Positions 1 to 9,831 of a stretch of DNA of 64,000 nt are shown here, in pieces. Each line of letters begins with the position of its first letter. Position 1 is the stretch's first letter. A program made the translations under genes and the position numbers. Origin of the DNA: an uncultured bacterium (GTDB taxonomy: Bacteria > Actinomycetota > Acidimicrobiia > Spongiisociales > UBA5794). A model generated the notes under the pieces. It had not been told where the DNA came from. It was given only the letters and a program-made list of their open reading frames with translations, and did no database searches. Location: positions 128,001 through 192,000 of the forward strand of contig CAWDDT010000003.1 of the NCBI GenBank assembly GCA_963801165.1, in the 5' to 3' direction.

Positions 1-77
1 GGACGACTAGTCAGATCGACACCATCGGCGCAGCCATCGATGTGGTCGGCGACCTCGAACCTGTGGGGGAGCGCTGA
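1..77 (+). CDS. 3' end of an upstream gene (partial), translationally coupled to TetR
   Basis: Open frame from base 3 (TTSQIDTIGAAIDVVGDLEPVGER*) ends in TGA 75-77, overlapping the ATG at 77 (TGATG). Confidence 0.55.
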   Translation, partial: TTSQIDTIGAAIDVVGDLEPVGER

Positions 78-703
78 TGCGGGCCGACGCTCGACGCAAC
101 CGGGAGCTACTGCTCGACGCCGCCATCGAGGTCATTCTCGAGGCGGGCGCCGAGCCTCCGCTGGATGCCATCGCCCGGCGGGCCGGCGTCGGCATCGGCA
201 CCTTTTACCGGCATTTCCCGGATCGGGACGCTCTCATCGGCGCCGTCGCACGATACGCCCTCGACCTGAGCGTCCAGGCCGCCGAGACAGCCCTGGCTGA
301 GACGTCCGACGGGTTCGCCGCGCTGCGAAAATACATGCATACCGCCCTCGATCGGGGCGTTGGGGTGCTCAACCTCATCTACCCGCTCATCAACGACCCC
401 GACTGGACGGGACGCCGCGCCGAATCGGCGATGTTGCTCGACGCCATGCTCGAGAGAGGTAAGCAAGACGGCCTCGTCCGGGATGACGCGAGGGTTCCCG
501 ACATCGGATTCGCCATCATCCGCCACTCACGCCCCGTTGCCGCCGGTCTTGCGGTTTCCGACGAGAGAGCCATCGCCCACCGACATCTCGACATCTACAT
601 CGACGGCCTCCACACCGGCAAACACACCAACACGTTGTCGGCGCCCGCGGCGTTGGATCAGTTCGACCCGACCCGGCCGGTCGAGATCGGAGGTGATGGC
701 TGA
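77..703 (+). CDS. TetR/AcrR family transcriptional regulator
   Basis: MRADARRNRELLLDAA...IARRAGVGIGTFYRHFPDRDAL, a classic TetR HTH. Confidence 0.95.
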   Translation: MRADARRNRELLLDAAIEVILEAGAEPPLDAIARRAGVGIGTFYRHFPDRDALIGAVARYALDLSVQAAETALAETSDGFAALRKYMHTALDRGVGVLNLIYPLINDPDWTGRRAESAMLLDAMLERGKQDGLVRDDARVPDIGFAIIRHSRPVAAGLAVSDERAIAHRHLDIYIDGLHTGKHTNTLSAPAALDQFDPTRPVEIGGDG

Positions 704-774
704 TGAGGTTGTGACACCGGTGAGGCGAAGCCCGTGTCGCCCGGATGATGCGGGCTGTCGGCCGATTCGGTGAA

Positions 775-1743
775 TCAGACCCGGACGAGGAGCTTTCCCC
801 TGGCGCGGCCCGACGCCAGATAGCCGATGGCTTCGGGGACGGACTCGAGTGTGTACACCCGGTCGATGATCGGCCGGACCTCTCCCGTGATCATCATCGT
901 GCCGAGCGTTGCCAGATCCTCCGCCTTGCTCGGTGCCCAGCCAAACACACCCATGCGCTTGGTCCCCAGTGCTGAGACGAGGGCGCCGCCGACCGCCGCC
1001 TGCACGAAACCCGCCATGGTTGCCGCGATCAACACGTACGCACCGTGCCGGCGAAGAATGCGCCGGAAGCGAAACACAGACCGGGTGGCGGCCATGTCGA
1101 CTATGAGGTCGTAGCGTTCGCCGCTTCGGGTGATATCGGTTCTTGTGTAGTCGACAACGTGGTCGGCGCCTGCCCTGGTCATCAGCTCCAGCTTGTCCGT
1201 GTGGTCGACGCCGGTCACCTCGGCGCCGAACGCCTTCGCCAGTTGGATCGCAAAGGGTCCGACACAGCCACCGGCCCCGTTCACCAGCACCCGGCTGCCG
1301 GGCTCGATCCGGCCCTTGCCGTCGAGTGCCTGGAGGGCAAGGACGGCCGAGTGCGGAGCGGTGGCGGCCGTTTCGAAGTCGAGTTCGTCGGGGAACCGGG
1401 AGAACACCCACGCCGGCGCGGACACATACTCGGCAAACGCACCAAACCGGCCGTACACGTCTCCCCAGACGCGGTCGCCGGGCTGCAACGTGGTCACACC
1501 CGGACCAACCTCAACCACTTCTCCTGCGACGTCCAGGCCGAGTGTCGGCGATTTCGGTTTGGTCAGGCCAGTCATGAGCCGGCTCACGGCCGGCTTCCCC
1601 CGCAGGTTGTCGAGGTCGGCGGTATTGATCGACGTTGCCCGCACCCTCACCAGCACCTCGCCGTCGCCCGGGACGGGATCGGGAACATCGGTGAACCGGA
1701 GCACATCCGCCGAGCCGTACCGGCTGCGCACAATCGCCTTCAT
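775..1743 (-). CDS. NAD(P)-dependent MDR-family oxidoreductase (quinone oxidoreductase-like)
   Basis: MKAIV...YGSADVL, LGLDVAGEV, VLVNGAGGCVG, C-terminal IDRVYTLESVPEA...RARGKL; GGAGG RBS upstream. Confidence 0.92.
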   Translation of the reverse strand: MKAIVRSRYGSADVLRFTDVPDPVPGDGEVLVRVRATSINTADLDNLRGKPAVSRLMTGLTKPKSPTLGLDVAGEVVEVGPGVTTLQPGDRVWGDVYGRFGAFAEYVSAPAWVFSRFPDELDFETAATAPHSAVLALQALDGKGRIEPGSRVLVNGAGGCVGPFAIQLAKAFGAEVTGVDHTDKLELMTRAGADHVVDYTRTDITRSGERYDLIVDMAATRSVFRFRRILRRHGAYVLIAATMAGFVQAAVGGALVSALGTKRMGVFGWAPSKAEDLATLGTMMITGEVRPIIDRVYTLESVPEAIGYLASGRARGKLLVRV

Positions 1744-1778
1744 TGTTTCCTCCGCCGCTGGATCTCGGGGCTCAGCTT

Positions 1779-1797
1779 AACCATACAGCGTAAGGTT
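1779..1797. promoter_or_regulatory. Palindromic operator candidate (TetR-type) upstream of the MDR oxidoreductase
   Basis: AACCATAC-AGC-GTAAGGTT, 8-bp arms with 1 mismatch, ~35 bp upstream of the start. Confidence 0.55.
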
Positions 1798-1804
1798 GGT
1801 CGAG

Positions 1805-3598
1805 TTAGGGGTCACCGCGCCATTCCCGTTTGGGTGCGGGTGAGACGTCGTCGCCCCTGATGTCGGCCAGCGCATGCGCGATCGTCTCGAGCCGGCCCAG
1901 GGTCTCCTCCAGCTGTGCGGTGAGACGGGCGATGTCCGCTTCCGGTTGGGTGCGACGGGATCGGGCCCTATCGACCCCACGGTGAAGGCTGCCCAGCGTG
2001 TCATCAAGCCTGGCGGCAAGCTCTCCCGTCAGTTCGATCCGGCCCCGTTCGAGCCGTTGGTAGAAGTCCCAGCGGAGCCGGCCACAGTGTTTGTCGACCA
2101 GGAGCGGGATGTCCTCTTCGAGCTTGCTACGCAGCATCCTCCTCGCCAGGCGCGTTGGGGCATTCCGGCGGATTGCGGCGACCGTCATCTCGAGTGAATC
2201 GGGCGGATCGAAGAAGGCAAACGTGAACCCAGACTCCGTCGTGAAGGTTTCCCCGAGTGGAGGAGGGGATAGCTCGACGTCGAGGAGCTCGGCGCAGAGT
2301 TGGGTCGTCCGTTCCACCAGGGCGTCGGTCTCTTTCGAGAACCGTCGCGTCGCGTCCCGAAAGAGATCACCGATCCTGGCCCCTTCAGCCTCACGCCAAT
2401 GGTTGATGGATTGCCGTAGTGATTCCTTGACCGCGTTGTCGAACTCGTCGGCAGCGGCGCGGGGACTCGGGTGAACTTCAAGCCGTTGGCGAGCTTCAGC
2501 GAGCAGACGCTCGGTTTCGGAGGGGCGGAGTGTTGCCAGATCGGCCTCGACGGTCGCGACCAATTGCCGTGTCTCCATTTCGAGGAGCGCCTCCAGGTCG
2601 CGGCGCGACTCGCCCGCCCGCTCCGCGACCTCTTCGAGGCCGGCAACGAGCGTCGCCAGCTCGTCCACAGGTCGCCGCAGCGTCTCCTGCTCGACACGAA
2701 CTGCGTTGATCTCGTCGGCCGCAAGACGTGCCGCGGCGATGGCGACCGATTGGCTCAGGACGGCCGTCTTCTCATCAACCAGGAATGCGCCGAAGTCGTG
2801 CTCGAAACGAAAGAAACCGGATGCGTCCGGGTCGGCATCGTCGGCCCGCCGCTTGGCGCGAAGGGCGGCGAGGGCACTAACGGGGTAGACGACGATTTCC
2901 TGCCCGACGGCGTCGCCAAGCGCCCTCGTCGCAAAAGCGACGACCTCCGCGGCGTCTGCCGGTTGCAGGATGTCGATCTTGTTGAGCACGAAGAACATCC
3001 GGGCGGCGCTATCACTCACCTCCTCGAGAAACAGACGTTCGGTATGCGACACCGGCTGATCGGCGGCGGTCACGAAAACGGCTGCGTCGACCTCGGAGAG
3101 GAACCGTTTGGTCGTTTCCGTGTTGTGGTGGTGGATGCTGCCGACGCCCGGCGTGTCGACCAGCCGTACCCCCGCCGCTAGTGGTGCTGCGGGATGCTCC
3201 ACCAGGACGTGGGCGACGTTGAGTCGGTTCTCCGGGTTCTCACGCTCGGTGACGAATGCCGGTAGCTGGTCGATCCCGACAACCCGGGAAGTCCCATCCT
3301 CGAACGTGACTTCGGCTCGAGGTTGATGGCCGTAGGTGGCCGTGCTGACCACCGCCGTCACCGGGACCGCCCCCACCGGAAAGACCTCTGCGCCGAGCAA
3401 CGCATTCACGAATGTCGACTTGCCGCGCTTGAACTCACCGACCACCGCCACGACGAAACGCTGCTCCGCGAGCTTGGCGGTGAGCGCGGCAGCACCCCGA
3501 GCCAGGCCCGGCGAGTCACGATCCGTTCCGAGCGTGGCCAGCTCGCTGAGGATGTCGTCGAGCTCACTGTGAACGGGGGCGATACCCATACCGCTCAT
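1805..3598 (-). CDS. Bacterial dynamin-like GTPase
   Basis: G1 GEFKRGKST, G2 PVT, G3 DTPG, G4 NKID, followed by a long helical stalk. Confidence 0.92.
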   Translation of the reverse strand: MSGMGIAPVHSELDDILSELATLGTDRDSPGLARGAAALTAKLAEQRFVVAVVGEFKRGKSTFVNALLGAEVFPVGAVPVTAVVSTATYGHQPRAEVTFEDGTSRVVGIDQLPAFVTERENPENRLNVAHVLVEHPAAPLAAGVRLVDTPGVGSIHHHNTETTKRFLSEVDAAVFVTAADQPVSHTERLFLEEVSDSAARMFFVLNKIDILQPADAAEVVAFATRALGDAVGQEIVVYPVSALAALRAKRRADDADPDASGFFRFEHDFGAFLVDEKTAVLSQSVAIAAARLAADEINAVRVEQETLRRPVDELATLVAGLEEVAERAGESRRDLEALLEMETRQLVATVEADLATLRPSETERLLAEARQRLEVHPSPRAAADEFDNAVKESLRQSINHWREAEGARIGDLFRDATRRFSKETDALVERTTQLCAELLDVELSPPPLGETFTTESGFTFAFFDPPDSLEMTVAAIRRNAPTRLARRMLRSKLEEDIPLLVDKHCGRLRWDFYQRLERGRIELTGELAARLDDTLGSLHRGVDRARSRRTQPEADIARLTAQLEETLGRLETIAHALADIRGDDVSPAPKREWRGDP

Positions 3599-3987
3599 CG
3601 GCTACCCGCTGTCGGGCGCGGTGGGCTGCTGAGGATTATCCGGTCGCCCGGATGATGAAGTGTCACGTCGATGACGACTATGAACCTTGCTTCGAGGAAC
3701 CTGCCGTGACTCATCTGCTCCCACCGGTCGACTGTCGGTAGAAGCCATCAGCTGCGAGCCGCTTCGATAGAGCGGCGGCCGCAGCGGTTCCGGCGGGCCT
3801 CATCGCCTCGGCCCACAACGATAGTCGGCCCGGTCGCCGGTACATGCTACGAACGTCGTCACCGCCCGGGGCGTCCTGTGGCCTCCCGGTCATGCACATT
3901 CGGACACTCGATGATTCAGCGGTGAATGTTCGCGGCGGCCGGCACTCGTGCGGGCAACTAGTCCAACCGCTGTGCCACGGTTGCGGC

Positions 3988-4761
3988 TCAGCTCGACAGA
4001 GCAATCTGAATCTCACGAGGGCTCTCCTCGTGGTTCGATCCGGTGAGTCGGACCTGCCAGCTGCCCGCGAGCATCTCCGCCAGATCCTCGGCCGTGGCCG
4101 GGTCGGCGGCCGACTCGAGCAAGTGACGGACGACCTCGCCCCGCACCCGTTTTGCCGTGTGGCCGTCCGCGCCCCTCCGACCGTCGGGGCGGAGCACCCG
4201 GATCGACACCAGCCTGCGGCCGATGCCCTGTGGCATCCCCATCGCCAGATAGCTGGAGGACCGGCAGTCGACCACGAGACCGTCTGCTCCCGCCGCCGCC
4301 GTCAGGACGGGTCCGAGCACAGGCCGCCACAGCGGTTCGAGGGCCTCGAGATCAAGCAAGTTGGCGCAGATGTTGAGCCGGTACGGCGGGATACGATCAC
4401 GGGGTCGGAGCGCGCCCCACAGCGAGGACACAATGACGAGTCGAGACCCGGCTCGCCTCCGCGCGGTCGTCGACAGCGATCCCGGGTCGAGGGCGGCGAA
4501 CAAGGCCCCGGTGTAAGTCTCGAGCGCCGGTCTCGTGGGGATAGTCGCAAGGCTGATGTTTCGTTCCACCTCGGCGGCCAGCGTCTTTCCGACGAGCAAC
4601 CGGGACGGAGCGTCGGATCTGGCGCTGGTCGCGACAAGAGCGGCCAGCACACGCTCCCGCGTCGGATTGAGCTCGGGGAATGAGAGAGCGCCTATATCGA
4701 GCGGGCGGCCGCGCCGCGGCGCCGGGTTCTTCGATTCCGAAGGTGGCAGCAGAACGATCAC
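3988..4761 (-). CDS. yaaA: YaaA-family peroxide stress/DNA-binding protein
   Basis: MIVLLPPSESK, YTGALFAAL, SSLWGALRPRDRIPPYRL, VVDCRSSSY, HTAKRVRG. Confidence 0.9.
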   Translation of the reverse strand: MIVLLPPSESKNPAPRRGRPLDIGALSFPELNPTRERVLAALVATSARSDAPSRLLVGKTLAAEVERNISLATIPTRPALETYTGALFAALDPGSLSTTARRRAGSRLVIVSSLWGALRPRDRIPPYRLNICANLLDLEALEPLWRPVLGPVLTAAAGADGLVVDCRSSSYLAMGMPQGIGRRLVSIRVLRPDGRRGADGHTAKRVRGEVVRHLLESAADPATAEDLAEMLAGSWQVRLTGSNHEESPREIQIALSS

Positions 4762-4827
4762 CTGGTCAGTGTAAGGATCGGCGTCGCCGACGATGGGCCG
4801 CTCTGGGTCTCGAGCACCCCCGGCGAT

Positions 4828-5196
4828 TCAGTCACGCCCTCGCCAGGTGGCGATGTCGACCTCGTTGCCTTCAGGGTCGGCGAGCGCCCACCATGCCGGC
4901 GCGTGCGAGTTGTCGACCATGCGCCCGCCCGCGGTGAGGGCAGTGGCCACCCGGGCCTCGGCTTGATCGTGCGGCACGAAGATGTCGATGTGGATGCGGT
5001 TGCGTTGCCCGCGCGGTTTGTCCATCTGCTGGAACCAGAGGGCGGGTCCTCGTGACCGGGGGTCGAGCAGATCCACGTCGTCGATGCGTTCCCTGTAGCC
5101 GAGAACGACGCCCGGGTCGGCGGCGAGGCCGAGGCGATGCGCTGCCGTCGAGATGCGGCGCGCCATCTTCATTTCGCTGCGCCGCAGACCGTTCAC
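4828..5196 (-). pseudogene. Truncated, internally deleted pterin-carbinolamine dehydratase/VOC fusion remnant
   Basis: ARRISTAAHRLGLAADP joined directly to VLGY...LWFQQMDKPRGQRNRIHIDI...WWALADPEGNEVDIATW; N-terminus and first VOC strand missing. Confidence 0.7.
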
Positions 5197-5360
5197 CTCG
5201 TCTGCGACCGCTTCGCCCGGCTCGACGAGCCACGCAACCGTGACAGAGGCGGAGCCGGGCTAGGGCTGGCGATCGTTCACAAGGTCGTGACCGCCCACGG
5301 CGGCACGGTGAGCTGCACGGACTCTCCCACAGGGGGAGCGAGGATGCCCCTCGAGTTCGT
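5197..5360 (+). pseudogene. Histidine kinase HATPase_c C-terminal fragment
   Basis: DRFARLDEPRNRDRGGAGLGLAIVHKVVTAHGGTV...GGAR (F and G2 boxes only; no H, N or G1 box). Confidence 0.8.
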
Positions 5361-5404
5361 GCCTCCTGTGGCCGTGGGCGGTGCAGACGGTGTCCGATCC
5401 GGCG

Positions 5405-5785
5405 TCAGGAGCCCTGGCCGCCTCGATTCAGCGAAAACTCCAGCACCTGGATAAGACGGATGTTGTTGCCGGACGGGTCACGAAACGAGGTGTCGATCCC
5501 GTAAGCCTGCTCGGTCGGCGGAGACCCGAGGCTGGTGAGCCCGACCGCAAAACAGATATCGGTCACCGCCCAGTCGGTGTTGCGCAGCAACGCGGCGGCC
5601 CGCTCGAGACGGCGGGTGAGCAGGTACTGATGGGGTGCTTCACCAAAGGCATCGCGGAACTGCCGGCTGAAGTGGGCGCGCGACATTCCTGCGGCTCTGG
5701 CCAGATCGGAGACCGTCAGAGGCTCGAAGTCGCGTGCGTCCGCGAGGTCCTTCGCAGCCAGGAGGTACCGGGTCGCCGTAACCAT
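5405..5785 (-). pseudogene. AraC-family HTH fused by deletion to the C-terminus of a VOC protein
   Basis: LARAAGMSRAHFSRQF...YLLTRRLERAAALLR...ICFAVGLTSLGS switches abruptly (~5522) to PTEQAYGIDTSFRDPSGNNIRL. Confidence 0.75.
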
Positions 5786-5869
5786 TTGGTGATTGTCGCA
5801 GATGTCCGATGCCGGATAGGCGTTTCGGATATCTTCCTCGCGGCCCGGGTCTCGACCAGAATCCAGGTT

Positions 5870-5990
5870 GTGGACCAGTTTGTGATCGCAAGAACCCCGA
5901 CGAAGACAGCAGCCTGCCGTTCTTGCTCCGGCTCCCCATAGAGGGTGGTCTGGTGCCTCAAAGCCCCGCGAGGACTCACCGGGTCGAGGG
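5870..5990 (+). pseudogene. Frameshifted N-terminal remnant resembling actinobacterial ERCC4-domain proteins
   Basis: VDQFVIAR / NPDEDSSLPFLLRLPIEGGLV / LKA read across frameshifts; family recalled from memory. Confidence 0.45.
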
Positions 5991-6046
5991 CGGCTGGCCA
6001 CAGAGCATCGAGCCGGAAGGGTGAGCCTCTCGCCTACAATGCCGGA

Positions 6047-6096
6047 GCGGCGATGGAGCTCGCCCCAACTGCCGACGCCGGCTGATGGCTCCTGCA
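6047..6096 (+). ncRNA. Fluoride riboswitch (crcB motif)
   Basis: GGCGATGGAGCTCGCC...AACTGCC...GGCTGATGGCTCCTGC fits the crcB consensus; TACAAT -10 at 6035-6040; directly upstream of crcB. Confidence 0.92.
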
Positions 6097-6118
6097 AACC
6101 GATAACAGGCAGGAGACC

Positions 6119-6547
6119 ATGCCGGCACGCAGCACCCCAGTTCCACGTCGCTCTCGTCGGCGTTCGGTGCAAGATCTACCGGCTCCCTTAGCGGTGCTCG
6201 GTGGTGGTCTCATCGGGTCGGCGGCGCGGGCCGCCGTCGGCGCCGCATTTCCTGTGGCTGTAGGGGCGTTCCCGGCAACGACCCTCTTGGTGAACCTCGC
6301 GGGGTCGCTATTGCTGGGTCTGTTCCTGGCACGCAGGCAGCGAGCCGTCACCCGGCGTTGGTCGCTGCGCTTCTGGGCTATCGGCGCACTTGGCTCTTTC
6401 ACCACGTTCTCGACGTTCAGTGTCGAGGTGTTCCGTCTTCTCGACAGACAAGCATGGGCATCGGCTTGCGGGTACGTGCTCGCCTCGATCCTCTTCGGCC
6501 TCGGGGCCGCGGTGATCGGGCAGCGCTTGGGGCGGGTGGGGAGATGA
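6119..6547 (+). CDS. crcB: Fluoride channel Fluc/CrcB, subunit 1
   Basis: GGLIGSAAR, FPATTLLVNLAGS, GALGSFTTFSTF. Confidence 0.92.
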   Translation: MPARSTPVPRRSRRRSVQDLPAPLAVLGGGLIGSAARAAVGAAFPVAVGAFPATTLLVNLAGSLLLGLFLARRQRAVTRRWSLRFWAIGALGSFTTFSTFSVEVFRLLDRQAWASACGYVLASILFGLGAAVIGQRLGRVGR

Positions 6548-6894
6548 CGGTCTTCGTCGCTGCCCTGACCGGCTCGGTAGGCGCCCTAGCCCGGTATCTG
6601 CTTTCGGGGGCGCTACAGAACCGGAGCCGTACGACATTGCCGATCGGCACGGCCGGGGTGAACCTGCTCGGGGCGTTGCTGCTCGGGCTCATCGTGGGGG
6701 CGAGCGACGGCTCGCTGCTGTGGACGGCGGCAGCCGGTTTCACCGGCGGGCTCAGCACGTTCTCCACATGGATGGTCGAGACGATCGGTCTCGGGATTGT
6801 CCCCAAACCGTCGTTTCGGGCCGTCGCCAACCTCCTCATCGTGGCAACATTGGGCGTGGCGCTGGCCGCGCTCGGGTATCACATCACCAACTGA
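6544..6894 (+). CDS. crcB: Fluoride channel Fluc/CrcB, subunit 2
   Basis: ATGA overlap; GALARY, PIGTAGVNLLGA, GFTGGLSTFSTW. Confidence 0.92.
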   Translation: MTVFVAALTGSVGALARYLLSGALQNRSRTTLPIGTAGVNLLGALLLGLIVGASDGSLLWTAAAGFTGGLSTFSTWMVETIGLGIVPKPSFRAVANLLIVATLGVALAALGYHITN

Positions 6895-6908
6895 AAGCGA
6901 GGCGTCCC

Positions 6909-7253
6909 GTGAATCACGAATCCGACAGCCGACTTCTGCGCATCTTCGTTGGTGAGTCCGATACCTACGACGGTCGGCCGCTTTATCAAGCGATCGTCGA
7001 GGTGTTGCGCAAGGAAGGCGTCGCCGGAGCAACCGTCCTGCGGGGGATCGAAGGATTCGGCAAGTCGAGCCATTTGCACACCGCCCACATCCTGCGGCTC
7101 TCGGATGACCTTCCGATGGTGATCGAATGCGTCGACACCTATGAGAAGATCGAGTCGGTGTTCCCGACCCTCGATGCGATGATCGGCGACGGCCTGGTGA
7201 CCATGGAGCGTGTCGACGTTTGGGTCTACCGTGCCGGCGAGAAGCGCCGGTGA
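6909..7253 (+). CDS. DUF190 (PII-like) protein
   Basis: LLRIFVGESD...PLYQAIV...GATVLRGIEGFG...LSDDLPMVIECVD; usual crcB neighbour. Confidence 0.9.
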   Translation: MNHESDSRLLRIFVGESDTYDGRPLYQAIVEVLRKEGVAGATVLRGIEGFGKSSHLHTAHILRLSDDLPMVIECVDTYEKIESVFPTLDAMIGDGLVTMERVDVWVYRAGEKRR

Positions 7254-7328
7254 CCACCCTTTGTTGTTGACGGTAGCTCGAGAGGTCCTATTCGCCGGGA
7301 CACGCCCGGCCGAAGAAGACGCCGGAGG

Positions 7329-7841
7329 CTAGGTCACGTAGCGGCACTCGAGATCGTCGAGGTATGCGAGCGCAGCCGCCGCGTTGTGCTGCCGCCACAA
7401 TTCGAGGTAGTCGTCGGCATCCGGGGTCTCGAGCGCGGTCAAGGTGGGGAGCAGAGCCGCTTTCTGATCTCGGATGAGGTCGACGGGGGAACGTCCGCGA
7501 CGGTGCACCAGAGCAAGCTTCAGAAGGAACACGATGCGAATGTCGCGCACGTGAGCAACAGGCGTGGCGAGCCACCGATCGAGGCGGCGGCGTCCCCGGC
7601 GGGTGATCTTGTGTACGACTCGTTGCGGCCCGGCGTCGCCTTTTTCAGTCGATACCGGCTCGGCATATCCCGCCTCGACCAGGCGGTCGAGGGCCCGGTA
7701 TACGAGGGGCCGCCGCACCCGGAACACCCGGCCCACCTCGCCATCGGCGGCCAGCAGCTTGGAGAGAGCGAATCCGTGACTGGCGCCTTCCCCAAGAACG
7801 CCGAGAACGGCATATTCCGTTGTCGACAAGTTCACGGTCAT
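7329..7841 (-). CDS. PadR-family transcriptional regulator
   Basis: EYAVLGVLGEGASHGFAL...VYRALDRL...ITRRGRRRLDRWL. Confidence 0.88.
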   Translation of the reverse strand: MTVNLSTTEYAVLGVLGEGASHGFALSKLLAADGEVGRVFRVRRPLVYRALDRLVEAGYAEPVSTEKGDAGPQRVVHKITRRGRRRLDRWLATPVAHVRDIRIVFLLKLALVHRRGRSPVDLIRDQKAALLPTLTALETPDADDYLELWRQHNAAAALAYLDDLECRYVT

Positions 7842-7976
7842 CCGGCCCTGAGGCTAGCGCTCCGATCGGCCGCACTCACCTGCGGCCGGCTGTGATCGAC
7901 GCGCCGACGCGGCCGGCGGCGGCGCGCAGCACCCACCGGGCATCTCCGGTCCATCGAGCGCCGGATCAGCTGCCGT

Positions 7977-9767
7977 TCATCTGTAGAGCGGCCCGTAGGC
8001 GGCACAAGCTCTGAAGTCCGCACCCTCGGCGTCGGCTGTTCCGAACGCGTTCCACGCAGACGGGCGAAGAAGAAGCTCCTGCGCCACGTTGTGCATGAAG
8101 ACGGGTATGCGGAGCAAGGATGCCAGCGTGATCAGGTCGGCGCCTATGTGGCCGGCGCTGATTGCACCATGGTTGGCACCCCAGGCGTTCATGACGCTCC
8201 AGACGTCCTGGAATGTTCCCGATCCGGTCACCCGAGGGGCAAACCATGTCGTGGGCCACGTCGGATTGGTGCGCTGATCGAGCGTGTCGTGGACCTCGGG
8301 CGGCAACTCGATGGTCCATCCTTCGGCGATTTGCAGGACCGGCCCCAGCCCATGGGCCATGTTGATCCGGCACATGGTGACCGGCATCCCACCACGGGTG
8401 GTGAATCGCGTGGACCAACCACCCCCGCGGAAATACTCGGTGAGCGAGGGATGCCACGTGACCGCCCCCAGGCAAGCGTCGATATCTTCGGGGCTGATCT
8501 CCCAGAATGGCTTGATCGTCGGCGTTCCGTCGTCTGCGGTCGCCCGGCCCGTTGCGTCGAGAGCCGCCGGCCCGGAGTTGAGCAGATGCAGGAAACCTCC
8601 GGCCGCGGTGCCCTCGAGTTGATAGCCGGTGACTCGCTTGACCGCCGCCGGGCTCCAGTACGTGCGCACATCCGCAAAGATCTGTGCCCGGTTGGTCAGC
8701 AGATGGGCGAGGAGCATCGAGGCGCCGTTGAGCGAGTCGTTCTCGGTGGCCGTCACATAGGGGGCGCGTGTGCCGTTCCAGTCGAATGACGTGTTGAGGA
8801 TCGCCTCCATGAAGTCGCCATTGGGCTTGTGGTCGGTCCACTGGCGTTGCCCCTGGAAGCCGGCCGCGATGGCGTTGTGGCCAAGCGCCTCCTCACCAAA
8901 ACCGAGATCGGCGAGCCCGGCGTTGCCGGTCATCAGGTCGCGACCGATCAATGCCATCTTGATCGATGTGTCCCACTCCTCGTCCAGGCGGTCCCGGGAG
9001 CGCCGCTGTTCGGGAGGATTCGGATCGAATCCCTCGGTGCAATTGGCGCGCACCCACTCGCGGGCGCGGGCGAACTCGTCGTGGTCGAATATCCCCAGCT
9101 CGATGCGCCGGTGCACCTCGCTCATGTCGATCGCTTCTACCCTCATCCCGAGGTAATGCTCGAAGAAGGAGTGATCGACGATGCTTCCCGCGATCCCCAT
9201 CGAGGTTCCGCCGATGGAGAGATAAGACGTGCCCTGCATGGTCGCCACTGCAACCCCTGCCCTGGTAAACCGCAGGATCTTGGTGGCGACGTCGTCCGGG
9301 ATGGTCTGGTCGTCGGCGTCCTGAACGTCGTGTCCATAGATGCCCACCGCGGGCAGGCCCTTCTGGGTGTGCGCGGCGAGGACGGCGGCAAGGTATACAG
9401 CTCCCGGTCGCTCGGTACCGTTGAAACCCCAGACAGCCTTGGGTCGGGTGGGATGGGTGTCCATCGTCTCCGATCCGTAACACCACGCCGGTGTGACGGT
9501 GATCGAGAGCCCTACATTGTTTGCGGCGAACTTCGCCTCGGCAGCTGCCGCCTCGGCGACTCGCCCGATGGTGGTGTCGGCGACAACACACTGAACCGGG
9601 TCCCCGTTGGCGTAGCGGACGTTTGAGCTGATCAGGTCCGCGACACTGCGCGCGAGTGCCATCGTCTGATCCTCGAGGGACTCGCGGACACCGCCGAGGC
9701 GACCGTCAATCGTTGGTCGAATGCCTACTGTTGCTGGACTTCCCTGCCAGCGCCACGTTCCATTCAT
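7977..9767 (-). CDS. fucI: L-fucose (D-arabinose) isomerase
   Basis: [58 protein letters not shown]. Confidence 0.97.
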   Translation of the reverse strand: MNGTWRWQGSPATVGIRPTIDGRLGGVRESLEDQTMALARSVADLISSNVRYANGDPVQCVVADTTIGRVAEAAAAEAKFAANNVGLSITVTPAWCYGSETMDTHPTRPKAVWGFNGTERPGAVYLAAVLAAHTQKGLPAVGIYGHDVQDADDQTIPDDVATKILRFTRAGVAVATMQGTSYLSIGGTSMGIAGSIVDHSFFEHYLGMRVEAIDMSEVHRRIELGIFDHDEFARAREWVRANCTEGFDPNPPEQRRSRDRLDEEWDTSIKMALIGRDLMTGNAGLADLGFGEEALGHNAIAAGFQGQRQWTDHKPNGDFMEAILNTSFDWNGTRAPYVTATENDSLNGASMLLAHLLTNRAQIFADVRTYWSPAAVKRVTGYQLEGTAAGGFLHLLNSGPAALDATGRATADDGTPTIKPFWEISPEDIDACLGAVTWHPSLTEYFRGGGWSTRFTTRGGMPVTMCRINMAHGLGPVLQIAEGWTIELPPEVHDTLDQRTNPTWPTTWFAPRVTGSGTFQDVWSVMNAWGANHGAISAGHIGADLITLASLLRIPVFMHNVAQELLLRPSAWNAFGTADAEGADFRACAAYGPLYR

Positions 9768-9831
9768 GATGCTCCCTCGCTTTCGTCCTCAGTGCCCGGT
9801 TGAGCAGTTGGCGTCTTCTGTTTTGGTGAAC

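Noticed and set aside
3600-3990. Short ORFs or a possible ncRNA upstream of the dynamin gene
   Set aside because: No recognisable motif, RBS or RNA family signature
6047-7253. Riboswitch-crcB-crcB-DUF190 considered as a novel system
   Set aside because: Well-described fluoride resistance module
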